Positions 39,501-48,049 are shown, counted from the stretch's first letter. The stretch is 64,000 bases of DNA from an uncultured archaeon (GCA_964447495.1 CAYUTF010000001.1:1-64000); one strand, 5' to 3'. Notes: a model not told the origin generated them from the sequence alone. Numbers and translations are program-made.

Positions 39501-41145
39501 CATTTTAAAGCGAATGAAAGTGAAATATATGCTTATTATCCAATTATTAAGCTATTTGGCCATTTCTTTACTCATCTTAGTTATTTTTAGTCAGATATAT
39601 ATTTTAAAAATCAATTTTGTTTTTCTGTCTATTGTTCTACTCACTTTAATGCAATTCTATACAAATTATTTGTATTTCAAGATTAGAAAGTTATCACATC
39701 CCGAGAAAGAGAATATATTTATCAAGTGGAAAAAATATAGACAGAATATCCTTGGAATATGTTTCTATATATTTTTAATCGTATACATATCCCAGAACTT
39801 ATTAAGCTTAAATCTAGAATTGCAGTTATTTTTGTTTATCATAAGTCTAATCACTCATTTACTCATAATTGGAGATAATTTCATATTCAAATTTATAGGA
39901 AAATATACTAATATAATTGTATTGATTACGTGGGCTCTAATTTTTGGTTTTTCATTCCTATACTTTCTTTCTTGGATTCCTCCTTTTTCTATTAGAGTAA
40001 TTCCAGTAATTATTTTGTTGTTATTATTAGAAATCTTATATTTATACAAGACCATTGAGTACTCCACAACGCTCAAATTTGATATTAGTAAGATTAAAAA
40101 AGTATTAATTTACCTATTTTATTTCAATTTTACTAGTTGGCCTCTTTACTATGCAACTCTCGAGGTGTTACAAACTTTAAATTTGATTCTTTTTTCTCTT
40201 GCAATTTTATTATTAATAGTTTTGATTGATAGGAGTATTGGAGCAATAAATAACACGATTAGGAAAAAATTAATAGATATATGTATTATGAGTATAGGTT
40301 TTGTTCTTTCAGTGAATATTTTTCTCTTTTTAGAATTTTATTTAATATCTAATTTCTTAGCAAATCTGTGTGTCGCCTTATTACCATTTATGCTTTTCTT
40401 AGGCTACCTATTAAAACCATTTAAGAGAAAGAAAATACTTTCATTTGCCTACTGGACATCATTATTCATATTATTAAGTATAATAACCTATAATTTAACT
40501 GCCTCAGGTTTTAGCTGGGGAATCCTCCTCTTTGGCGCAATACTTTATCCATTCATCTTCATGCTAGAAGAACTGAAATTGTTTCTTGAAAACATTGCTA
40601 CTTTTATAAAGATATCCTACTATAAAGTAAAAAATGCGATGATAACAATGTATTACAGTATTCTAAATTTCTTAATAAGAAATTTCAAATATGTAAAAGT
40701 AGTAATTTGTTTTGGGTTTGGAATTAGCATAGGAATACTCTTTTCTGATATAATATTAGGATTATTAAATCCCCTACACTCATTTTTATTAACTTTTGCT
40801 GTGTTTGGTATTTTATATGGATTAATTCCAGGTAAAAAAACTGAAGATCTAGATGAGATTTTTGAGCAAAAAATGAAAAGGTTCATAATAATTTGGATAA
40901 GCACCTCTTTATTCATTTATATATTGATATTACCCTATATTGAATCATTTATTTATTCATTAATTCTTATGACGTCATCAATATTGGGATTAGGGGCGAT
41001 TTTATTGATATTTATATATAGAAAAGAAAAGAAGAAAAAAATATCAATTAAGTGGCGTTTTTATACTACAATTGTTTCGATTTCATTAGTGATTTTTTGG
41101 GTTATATTAATTCTTATTTGGTATTTCACCGAAGTTCGAATTTAG
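33508..41145 (+). CDS. Giant polytopic membrane protein of unknown function (about 2545 aa)
   Basis: Uninterrupted 7.6-kb ORF in very AT-rich DNA with continuous alternating hydrophobic helices and short Lys-rich loops. ATG 33508 is preceded by AAGGAGTGA; GTG 33499 is the alternative start. Confidence 0.85.
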   Translation: MQKNDTLGSDSKIQRYQIINLLLSLSFILTSIIFAYLIEYPVIILIITPIILLITYYEQKSEICPRKYSRYVYLVSILVILGVMNFWIIPLFFVTYPMNIQVIVFSIVLYLLLQYFIRYDYFRRENVIIAQHLLAFLTFLTFIYSLFPILSFEFSSISNESIVLILNILTHVLINLCVLLSSFYYLYIRQLQIKSSRFFNISIMAIFLLIEFVSYAIINLMNFFLVPFDIFIQTFLLSVNLIPVIFLGYVFLNYILGIIPEKLSKKLAYILFWNILIMICFSIIVIFYYSFRVILITLLCFSIISQFLVKFGFNNAIISEKILTWYRKLSFYLIYLEVFILAFTSFFELFQVFEILQNLFLSTFFSLVIITVLHNVVYSTFHISKLLAYILNTSLLFFTNFLVFFYSALLTLNTFYIFLIPITFSSIFLNIPLYYLKTVVKKRFLIKKLIIINSFIVSIAFTAIPSVISLEMIKLGYLVDIVSTFNFSIYILYIILGCIYIFSRSLNLKENSKTAILKSQVFIEIIIAFTTVFYYLNVLLKDTLYGFILPILATSAFLYIPLLFSYKKNYFLNLSIRRIIIVNTFIFWICIISTPSFIALELAILGFNVDSNVIILVSIILWFIFLKFLDIITQFLKIKEKGIEFIKICQIFSWIAICILVSRQVFLFLFDIFSGDLLWGVNISISLISFLLLNILNLSLLESLKQITFENRESKYDYYKIYKIYEYNKNLIYFGLIFAISLLISLLTQQIGLLSLIFIDETILIPLLVQIGIFMLISLLLLRITSSFFEIEFVKTKLILEAICWFVLKIIICLILIFIPFNISFFNRFLLVVLVFSVLSPISLYFLSELFVILDSSIRRMKKIIIIIFLISALIFFSELYWLIYFDLHLFAIDQTLLILNYACIVYLFLNFVITYYHNIFEGEESLKIYKIFGLDILLSTSLLLINSSFFIFFLLLLYSIILYNRNRNIVFRIMIYLVLSIFCLIEVLINFNYFNFLKAYILNDIGFFILIALISIISVLLFSVIINAKRENFIENHLLYILFSLLSYFTLLTFTLLPQIYSLSILILVYLLFIGVSLYRRESENYKWYIGPCILIFIFDFIFFSSDVFLFTGTLFYKYKAILGISLTLSITGLLFILIYNSASKNLRKYSFIVVLGMILGTLPTFIYFLLISLFALPILDPIALIVAINVFIFLFYLSIGIYQGKISWQIWRTGWWLWIICPIANFYIIYESFAGVDLFTKSLSFFGLFTINGSFILSIMICIVISLPFWYSWIKKHFSETLLIVWGLSLFALYWLSQNIFADNIFFTNFLFILFAIFLLIPIFFWMKVWKLLSLLWTIFSITMVVFLFILFSELGFIFEINFSLNIMIGGTFFIIASFFPTFQAQKSVILILSYSMVIIGIFLTVYNINYLLFLNFPISLAISLIIIGMSLFSSKLFKLNQSIFNFLISIVLIFGFSLLSYITFSLIPNFELFSVFLTITVAGISFFAFNHYKMLLGIKKIIPISILSIGLSLTLSNLVLILFSDAFFLSGSVFIAINLIFLYYLLYEKRFIMLYLFPLPFTIFFLEFIRLIEIFQPLAIFILIGLMLYTTFFQLILNILNPNNQKVKEEDLKGLKKFFKNQNQVKVLNFLSLVLNSTYFSLFIAFISQLSILYKIIEFFIIWSILILISFKYYKKWGLDKEFVVISSKILKFGSLIALFLYFEISILMLGLLMEFFLLDIQTSVIISLTFYFLLNTLDIYVIKKGYKNVMHILNIIVYTFLSIYTYIFLNQFTIINSDLALLFIIILLLMQFYTNYATFNFLKGFNKYDNTKLDNLKGYIKNIILNLIYITISLYSATLIVSFFQVSFLGIYAISLFSLYIMIFSLLMYFFNYIIKSKFKPILTSSLFIVFQLSLGLFWVSFSIYLNLLNLFNISLILIAETTLSFYSTKLLGMLFKEKIRENIVAQIYSIITIIIYFELSFLVYSISNLILGIYESLLASQISIFLISFLEIDILKRMKVKYMLIIQLLSYLAISLLILVIFSQIYILKINFVFLSIVLLTLMQFYTNYLYFKIRKLSHPEKENIFIKWKKYRQNILGICFYIFLIVYISQNLLSLNLELQLFLFIISLITHLLIIGDNFIFKFIGKYTNIIVLITWALIFGFSFLYFLSWIPPFSIRVIPVIILLLLLEILYLYKTIEYSTTLKFDISKIKKVLIYLFYFNFTSWPLYYATLEVLQTLNLILFSLAILLLIVLIDRSIGAINNTIRKKLIDICIMSIGFVLSVNIFLFLEFYLISNFLANLCVALLPFMLFLGYLLKPFKRKKILSFAYWTSLFILLSIITYNLTASGFSWGILLFGAILYPFIFMLEELKLFLENIATFIKISYYKVKNAMITMYYSILNFLIRNFKYVKVVICFGFGISIGILFSDIILGLLNPLHSFLLTFAVFGILYGLIPGKKTEDLDEIFEQKMKRFIIIWISTSLFIYILILPYIESFIYSLILMTSSILGLGAILLIFIYRKEKKKKISIKWRFYTTIVSISLVIFWVILILIWYFTEVRI

Positions 41146-41220
41146 AGTATTGAAATTAACTCACATTCAAAAAATTAATGGATTACAAAATGCAAGAAAT
41201 TAACAATAAGAAGTATAAAC

Positions 41221-41385
41221 TTAGTTAAAATTTGAAAAGTTTTTACTTTTCCATTTATTAAGATATTCCTTAAATTCAATCTCATCAAGTCCAATTGAAT
41301 TCATTTTCCTTGTAGTTTTGTGATTTGACGAGGTTTTTTTGAATCCTAAGGACCAATCATAATACGAGTTTGCTTTTGAGGACAT
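41221..41385 (-). CDS. Small hypothetical protein (54 aa)
   Basis: MSSKANSYYDWSLGFKK...EFKEYLNKWKSKNFSNFN; ORF evidence only. Confidence 0.4.
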   Translation of the reverse strand: MSSKANSYYDWSLGFKKTSSNHKTTRKMNSIGLDEIEFKEYLNKWKSKNFSNFN

Positions 41386-41556
41386 AATAATAAAATACAA
41401 ACAAGTAAAAATAAACACCTACAGACTGGAAATTTTCTGATATTCCAAAAGTGGTCTAAATTGTTTTTCCATACTATACAAAAGTGAGAATTCTTAAAAT
41501 TTATAAGTCTAGAACAAAATTTTTAGTGCATAATAAAAAATTCAAATTGAGTTTTT

Positions 41557-42096
41557 ATGGAACAAGATAAAAAAAGAATTAATGTAAAAGATTGGATAAT
41601 AACTAGTACAACGATGATTGGCGTGAATCTTACAATTCTTGCGCTTATTTGGCAAGCGGCGCCTCCCCAAGGCATTTATACAGCAACCTTGTTTTTAATG
41701 TTATCTTTTATTCTCTTTATTAATAGTGTTTCAGCAAATTCTAAAGCTAACTTTGAGGTAAAGTCTGGTAATGCGACTGAAGAGAAGATTCTAAAGTTTG
41801 TATCATTTGCGGAATATTCATTTGGGCTCGGATTTACCTTGATCATAATCGGATTTTCCATTTTGAGCTATGAATATCTATTAGATTTCATAGGAAATGA
41901 ACTTATTGTACTCATAATACCTTCAGCTTTCCTTATCACAGCATGGATTATGATTTTTATTTATAATTCGATTAATTTTTCAGGAAAACCACTTAAAGGA
42001 ATAAGGAGTCTAAAGCGTAATTTATGGATGATAATGGAACTGATTTGTTTAATAATTATCATATTAGATTTTTTTAACTTAATAATAATTCCATAA
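41557..42096 (+). CDS. Hypothetical membrane protein (about 5 TM)
   Basis: 179-aa hydrophobic ORF followed by a T-run. Confidence 0.75.
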   Translation: MEQDKKRINVKDWIITSTTMIGVNLTILALIWQAAPPQGIYTATLFLMLSFILFINSVSANSKANFEVKSGNATEEKILKFVSFAEYSFGLGFTLIIIGFSILSYEYLLDFIGNELIVLIIPSAFLITAWIMIFIYNSINFSGKPLKGIRSLKRNLWMIMELICLIIIILDFFNLIIIP

Positions 42097-42207
42097 TTTT
42101 TTTTATATTTGTTTAAGATTAATTCAGTGTTAATTTTTTAATCTAACCTAATATATCAATTTATAAAATAGTAAGAATAGAATAGTTATAAGTATTAAAA
42201 ATAGAAA

Positions 42208-42570
42208 GGCCGAGAAGATGCAAATGAAAACCGAAAGGTATTCATTGCATTTGTATAGTAATTCTTTACTTGCGTAAAGGGTTTTCAATGCATTTTCTTC
42301 AACCGAAAGTTTGATTCAAGAACCAATCATTCAATTGCTTATCCGAAGATAATGCCTACTCCCCGAGGGAAGTGAGACAAGTGCAAAATTATTGTACTCG
42401 AAAGTACATTAACTTGCAATAATACATTGCTTTTACTATACTACTTCTCGAAGTTCATACGGTAAGGTATGAACATTATATGTATTGAAAGTTGCATATT
42501 TAAATGAACCTATTAAGGGGTTATTAAATTTTTATGTCGTGAATTTCGGCATCATAGATTTTTAGGTCGG
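42208..42570. ncRNA. Unidentified large structured non-coding element (about 360 nt)
   Basis: At least 10 local hairpins plus nested long-range helices (42211-17/42444-50, 42253-61/42433-41, 42286-94/42421-29). Loops read UUCG/CUCG/GCAA on the minus strand or GAAA on the plus strand. No ORF of 60 aa or more. Confidence 0.75.
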
Positions 42571-42602
42571 GATCAAACAGCAGTTTTAATATGAATTCTT
42601 TT

Positions 42603-45017
42603 TTATATTCTATTGATATAGCATGATAAATCTTTCTGGATGAGGTTTCGATTATGATTGTTATCTAAGAGATCATCTAATTCAGGAAAATCAAGGGGAA
42701 ATAGATTCTCAAAAGCTCTTTTCAATATTTCAATATATTTCTTTTTATCATATCGATGTTTTTTCTCATCATAGAGATCTGAAAGGATGACTTTCCTTTC
42801 AGGGAATGCCTGATCCGCGTCAGCATCGAGAATGATATAGCGTATCTTTTTCCCTGCGGATGCAACTACTCCTGAGTTCTCCAGTTGTTTTGCTGCGACG
42901 GCTTGATATGAATTTACTTTGTATTTGGAAGGTTTACGAGATATTCTTTGACAGATTGTTAAATCTTCTTTCGAAATATTACCCATTTCAATATGATTTA
43001 CATAATGATATAATCGTGCTTTCGCTTCAGGAATTCTCCTTTTAAATTCCTCAACTGTTTTTGCCCCTTTAAAAACGTCAATAAAAGAGTATTGCGCATC
43101 TTTAATGACTTTGGGTATGTCTCTGCGTCGAACTTCTATTCCCCTTACCTTTATTTCATTTTTACTTTTTATACCCCAATAGTGACTCAATGCGGGAACA
43201 TCAGCCTCTGCTCGAGAAGGTAGAAATACAATAATATCAAATCTTCCATCCCAACTCATTGGAATTCTGGTTTCATCAGTAATCTCTTGAGCAAGTTGTT
43301 TAGTTACTATCTCAAACTCTTCTGGAGTTCTATTATTCGTATCTTGAAGCCACATTGAGTCAACGATTCCGTGAATTACTTTACAGCCATATTTTTCAGC
43401 AATCTCAGCAGAACGCATAAGGAATTCACGAGCAAAGGCACAAACCGTTTGGTGGGCCTCAATTTTTCCGAAACGAGCATTTTTAAACCCTAAATATCCA
43501 AAACTTACCACTAAAACCCATTTTAGCGCGATATCCGTGAACTTATAACGCAACTCTCCCGTCTTTCTTACATGTTCTTTATACTTGAGTCTTTTATTCA
43601 ATGGCAAACTAATTGATTTCGATATAATACCTTGTCTCTTTGAACAAATATGAAAATCTAATCCAGGTACTTTTATTCCTGTATTGTCATCTTTGCAGCA
43701 TTGGCAATTAATTGTTTCAGAAGAGATATTGAAGTTAGCCATCAAAGACGGGTACATTGAAGAGAAGTCTAACTCCACAACTTGAGCAAAAATGCCAATC
43801 TTTGGTTCAAAAATGTGGCCACCACGATCACTTTTAATAAGATCCATACCTGTATTGAATCCTTCGGGGCTTTTCTTGAAAGGAGGGATCAGATAATCAA
43901 GTTTGTAGGCATAATAATACTGTATTGACTGGAGTGCTCCACCAATTGTAATACGAGATAATCTCTGTAGTGAGACACGGGAAATACGTGCAACTTCAAT
44001 AACTCCCGGAATATTTCCTTCAGTGAAATGAAGGCTCGCATATGAAGTTGTATCCAGATGAAACCGGCCAGAAAAGTAGACTTGTGTTTTCGAACGATGC
44101 CTTATTATTCCATAGGACATATAATGATCGGATCTTCCTGAAAGATTGAAAATACACTCTGCTAGGGGGGTTTTATCTCGAGAGAAATAAAGTTCCTTTG
44201 TTATACGATTAACTGATGCTCGAGCAGCTAAGTAGGGGAATACAAATTCATCCCCTCTTTGAGTAAGTATTATGTCAGGATCCAGTTTCTCTATAATCCT
44301 ACTAATTTCTTTTATATTTTCTACCTCATCAGCATTATTTATTAAGAATTTTCTTTTTTTATATCCATCAGCGCGTGGAACGTTATTTTCGTCATTTTCG
44401 ACAATGCTTATTTCAGCATACGCCATAGGATCGTCATAATAGGATCTAATTCCCCGCTGCTGAACTTTTACATCTAACCAAACTGCTTTTAGGGGAGGAA
44501 GGTCATAAAATAGTTTTTCATTATCATCATTAAGGTGTAGAGAGCGTAAGTTCATGCTATCTTGATCGCTTTTTTTGTCCTTTTTTATTTCAACATTGAA
44601 GTCGCAGAGAGACATAGGGAATAAATCATTGACATAATAATACATTTGAGCAATAGGAAGATCTGTATTATAAAGAATAAAAAGACCGATTTCATTGACT
44701 TCTTGAATTACTTTCTTAAAGAAAGCGGGTTTTATTACAGAAATTCCAAGGAGTTTGGTCTTTTTATGATCTTCCAGTTTCACATATTTTTCACAAATTC
44801 TTACAGACTTGACATTATGATTTTGTTCCAGAATATGCTTAAACCGTTTTAAATCATTCCCAACGCTCTTTCTTGGAACAGCAAAAAACTCTGGAGAAAA
44901 AGAATGATGAATTCTCACAACTTTTTGCTCACTAACATTCTTTACCCAAAGAATTACCCCTTCACTGAATGTTGAGACATCTAAAAGCCAACCAGCAAAA
45001 TTTTGTTCTTGCGGCAA
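42603..45017 (-). CDS. polB2: Family B DNA polymerase, PolB2 (Dpo2-like) type
   Basis: ELDFSSMYPS, NISSET, ALKWVLVVSFGYLGF and HGIVDS (variant of YGDTDS); degenerate exonuclease motifs; TTG start. Confidence 0.88.
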   Translation of the reverse strand: MPQEQNFAGWLLDVSTFSEGVILWVKNVSEQKVVRIHHSFSPEFFAVPRKSVGNDLKRFKHILEQNHNVKSVRICEKYVKLEDHKKTKLLGISVIKPAFFKKVIQEVNEIGLFILYNTDLPIAQMYYYVNDLFPMSLCDFNVEIKKDKKSDQDSMNLRSLHLNDDNEKLFYDLPPLKAVWLDVKVQQRGIRSYYDDPMAYAEISIVENDENNVPRADGYKKRKFLINNADEVENIKEISRIIEKLDPDIILTQRGDEFVFPYLAARASVNRITKELYFSRDKTPLAECIFNLSGRSDHYMSYGIIRHRSKTQVYFSGRFHLDTTSYASLHFTEGNIPGVIEVARISRVSLQRLSRITIGGALQSIQYYYAYKLDYLIPPFKKSPEGFNTGMDLIKSDRGGHIFEPKIGIFAQVVELDFSSMYPSLMANFNISSETINCQCCKDDNTGIKVPGLDFHICSKRQGIISKSISLPLNKRLKYKEHVRKTGELRYKFTDIALKWVLVVSFGYLGFKNARFGKIEAHQTVCAFAREFLMRSAEIAEKYGCKVIHGIVDSMWLQDTNNRTPEEFEIVTKQLAQEITDETRIPMSWDGRFDIIVFLPSRAEADVPALSHYWGIKSKNEIKVRGIEVRRRDIPKVIKDAQYSFIDVFKGAKTVEEFKRRIPEAKARLYHYVNHIEMGNISKEDLTICQRISRKPSKYKVNSYQAVAAKQLENSGVVASAGKKIRYIILDADADQAFPERKVILSDLYDEKKHRYDKKKYIEILKRAFENLFPLDFPELDDLLDNNHNRNLIQKDLSCYINRI

Positions 45018-45018
45018 A

Positions 45019-45291
45019 TTAACTTTTCTCTTTAATTATTTCTTCTAACTCTTTGATATGATTTTCCAAGAGCTCAATTCTTTTCTCTTGTTCAATAGCA
45101 AACGAAATAAAGAGGATTTCTGAAAGCATTGGACGTGCTCCTAAGCTACCAGCATCAGCATGAATACGCGCATAGTTCATCAATTTGTCAAAAATTTTTT
45201 GATCCACTGGTCTAAGCGCTCTTTTATAATCTTTCCAGCTTTCAATTTCATGTTCAAGCGCGGGTCTAAACGCAGGTACAGTTCTTCCCAT
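45019..45291 (-). CDS. Small helical PolB2-associated protein (arCOG07300-like)
   Basis: MGRTVPAFR...W..YKRALR..DQ..FD.L...AR.H; 1-nt gap to polB2; GGTG SD. Confidence 0.8.
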   Translation of the reverse strand: MGRTVPAFRPALEHEIESWKDYKRALRPVDQKIFDKLMNYARIHADAGSLGARPMLSEILFISFAIEQEKRIELLENHIKELEEIIKEKS

Positions 45292-45438
45292 CAAAACACC
45301 ACAAAACAAAATGACGAATCACATTAAAAAAACAATACATCGCTAATTTTTTGATTTATATTTAAAGCAATAAGATATAAGAATAAATAGAACTTTAACG
45401 TTCTAAAAATTATAATATAAAAATTTCCATATTGAAAA

Positions 45439-46410
45439 ATGACATATCGGATAATAGATAGTTTGTGCTATGTCCCTACGGAAGAGGTTTTTATTGATCT
45501 CTTAGTTTCTTTGCCGCCTCAGATGTCTCGATATTTAAAAGATGTTTTTGGTCCAAGAGTTGCTCCATTGTTAGGAATAAGTGCTGAAGAGCTTTATAAT
45601 ATGAAATCAACGTTAACTGTGGAAGAATTGAAAGCCGCAATTAAACCTTTTATGCCTAAAATAAGAAAATTAACTATGAGTATAGAGGAGTTCGTTGACC
45701 AACTTAATAAGATGGGAGTGGAAAAGGCGGTCATTTTTAATCTTGATGAAGAAACACCTAGTGGAATTGCAGGACTTCCAAATGATTACTATGCGGATAT
45801 TGTAAAAAACTACCCAGAAAAGTTTATTGGATTTGCGGGAATAGACCCTCTGAAAAAAATGAAAGCCGTGAGAGAGATTAATAGATGTTACGACTTAGGT
45901 CTTAGAGGTGTAGCAGTTCGTCCTTTTATGTTTGGAATACCGCCACATGATGCAAAAATGTATCCCATCTACTCGAAGTGTGTAGAACTTGATATACCAA
46001 TTTGGTTCCATCTCTCAATCAATTATTCAGCAAACTCTATGGAGGTTGAGCGTCCCATTTATTTGGATGTAGTTGCTCAAGATTTTCCAGAATTGAAAGT
46101 TATCGCGGGACATGGAGGATGGCCCTGGGTAGATGAATTAGTTGCTGTTGCATGGAAAAATCCTAATATCTACATTGATATCGCTTCTTATCTTCCTAAA
46201 TACATTGGAATGAAAGGAACTGGCTGGGAACCCCTTATTCATTATGGCAATTCCATATTACAGGATAAAATACTATTTGGATCAACATGGCTATTTATGG
46301 GAACAACCATTAAAAAACTTGCTGATGCTGTTATGGCATTACCATTGAAAGAAGAAGTTAAAAAAAAATGGTTGTATCATAATGCGGCAAAACTTTTAGG
46401 AATTGAATGA
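45439..46410 (+). CDS. Amidohydrolase_2 family TIM-barrel protein
   Basis: FIGFAGIDP, YPIY..C.ELDIPI.FH, FPELKVIAGHGGWPW and KILFGS. Confidence 0.85.
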   Translation: MTYRIIDSLCYVPTEEVFIDLLVSLPPQMSRYLKDVFGPRVAPLLGISAEELYNMKSTLTVEELKAAIKPFMPKIRKLTMSIEEFVDQLNKMGVEKAVIFNLDEETPSGIAGLPNDYYADIVKNYPEKFIGFAGIDPLKKMKAVREINRCYDLGLRGVAVRPFMFGIPPHDAKMYPIYSKCVELDIPIWFHLSINYSANSMEVERPIYLDVVAQDFPELKVIAGHGGWPWVDELVAVAWKNPNIYIDIASYLPKYIGMKGTGWEPLIHYGNSILQDKILFGSTWLFMGTTIKKLADAVMALPLKEEVKKKWLYHNAAKLLGIE

Positions 46411-46471
46411 ATCAGGAGTTATATCAATTAATATAATAATTTAAATTAAAATGAGTGGGAGATATTGTTTT

Positions 46472-46897
46472 ATGTCAGTCTATTTGAATGATCATGTACC
46501 TTGTGGGATTTACTGTAAAAGATGTCCAGGCATGAAGGTTTATAATTGTAAAGGATGCAGAGAGCAAAAAGGGCAAATAAAGGATTTCCCTACGTGCAAA
46601 ACCTATGAATGCGTTACAACGAAAGGATATAATTTTTGTTTTGAATGCGATGATTTTCCATGCGAAAAGCTGCAACCCATTGTAAATTTTGAAATATTCA
46701 TGCCACATAATTCCAAAATTTATAACTTACTTATGATCAAAAAGTTAAGCCTAGTAAAATGGAATGAAATCTGTGAGGAACAATCAGATTTATATTATAA
46801 AGGACATAAAGTTCGATATGGAGGAGATAACCTTACTTTAGAAAAGAAAGATCCAAATCTCTATAAACATAAAAAGGAAGAGGAAACAAAAGGCTAA
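46472..46897 (+). CDS. DUF3795-family Cys-rich protein
   Basis: PCGIYCKRC...CKGCR...C..YEC...FCFECDDFPC. Confidence 0.8.
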   Translation: MSVYLNDHVPCGIYCKRCPGMKVYNCKGCREQKGQIKDFPTCKTYECVTTKGYNFCFECDDFPCEKLQPIVNFEIFMPHNSKIYNLLMIKKLSLVKWNEICEEQSDLYYKGHKVRYGGDNLTLEKKDPNLYKHKKEEETKG

Positions 46898-47643
46898 AAC
46901 CAACAGTCCAATGTTAAATTTCTTAACGGAACTTTTCTTTTTGATTCAGCGGGTTTCCATTTTACAAGCTTCTTTTCTTGGAGAAAGGGGTGTTGGATAA
47001 GAGTATATTCAATAAAACGATCTTTGTCATTTATTAAGACTAATACATTCCCAAAATGCGAAAGAATTTTTCCGCCTTTTGGTCTAAAGAGCGAATATTC
47101 ATTTAAAGGAGCAGTTATGATTATTAATGGCTTAGTCTTGGAAAGTATTGCCTTAATTCCGCTTATTGCTCGCAGTAAATCTTCAAATGTCTGCTTTTCA
47201 TAGCTTTGAAATAAGGTTGTAATCCCTGAAATCAAAACAACCTTTATATGTTCAAGTTTTGAAAGGCGATTTTCGAGAAGCTCAACCATTTGATCCCATG
47301 TGAACGCTCGAGCTATAAGAATATTCTCCAATGTTTTTGAAGGCGATAGATTCTGAGTGACTGCAAACTTACTTACATCATATGGATTAAATCGATTATT
47401 CCCATCAATAAAGGCTATCTTATTACCACCCCCTCCAAGCCCACCGTTTAAAAAGGACTTTTGCGAAATAACTGCTGTCGTCAGCAAGATGTTTGTAGTA
47501 ACCTTTTTATCTCCATAAAGCAGATATACTAAATCCTTCTGAAATCCACCCTGTAGTATTTCATCAAGTGTGGAATCTCCGCTTGAGAGGAGTGGGATGC
47601 TCTTTCCTTTCTTATAAAACCCGAAACCTGAATGAAACGACAT
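46894..47643 (-). CDS. RadA/RecA-like protein with a degenerate Walker A (PolB2-associated type)
   Basis: SSG...LD.IL.GG, FIDGNNRFNPY and ENILIARAFT.DQ. The P-loop reads LYGDKKVTT, lacking GKT. Confidence 0.8.
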   Translation of the reverse strand: MSFHSGFGFYKKGKSIPLLSSGDSTLDEILQGGFQKDLVYLLYGDKKVTTNILLTTAVISQKSFLNGGLGGGGNKIAFIDGNNRFNPYDVSKFAVTQNLSPSKTLENILIARAFTWDQMVELLENRLSKLEHIKVVLISGITTLFQSYEKQTFEDLLRAISGIKAILSKTKPLIIITAPLNEYSLFRPKGGKILSHFGNVLVLINDKDRFIEYTLIQHPFLQEKKLVKWKPAESKRKVPLRNLTLDCWF

Positions 47644-48049
47644 CAACACATATAAGGATCTGTAAAACTAAAATTGGGTTACCCCGACAATTTTCTGAAA
47701 TTTGACTTTATATTACAGACTTATGGTAGAGGGGAGTTATCAAGAGAATGGTAGTAAATTTAAAAGTACTATTGTTATAGGGAGACTGAGAGAGGATATT
47801 GGAAGTAAATATAGAATGAAGGGATTATGAAGTAAGAAGAGTACCGACGAAATTTATCTCTTCAAGATTGAAAGGTTTTAATATGATTTTTAAGAATTTT
47901 TGTAAAGTAAGTGTCATCATAATTGTCAATTTTAGGATAAATAATATGCGAAAAAGATCAAATTCTACTTAAAACTTTAAATCTTATTCTATCAATAATA
48001 AATAATAACAAATTTAAAAAGAAATTTAATGAAAAAAGGAATAAATAAT

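Noticed and set aside
42208-42570. Assigning the structured element to RNase P RNA, SRP RNA, a group II intron, a SECIS element or an IS200/IS605 end/omegaRNA
   Set aside because: The diagnostic conserved motifs are not visible on either strand. The TTTAGGTCGGGATCAA end vaguely resembles IS605 right ends, but it lacks the 5' arm of the subterminal hairpin and no tnpA/tnpB/iscB is nearby.
47723-47830. 35-aa ORF in the purine-skewed region upstream of the RadA-like gene, and a nearby ANTTTC-like damage-response motif (~47690-47702)
   Set aside because: The ORF has no SD or motif. The hexamer is too short to be significant in AT-rich DNA and is not clearly repeated upstream of the polB2 operon.
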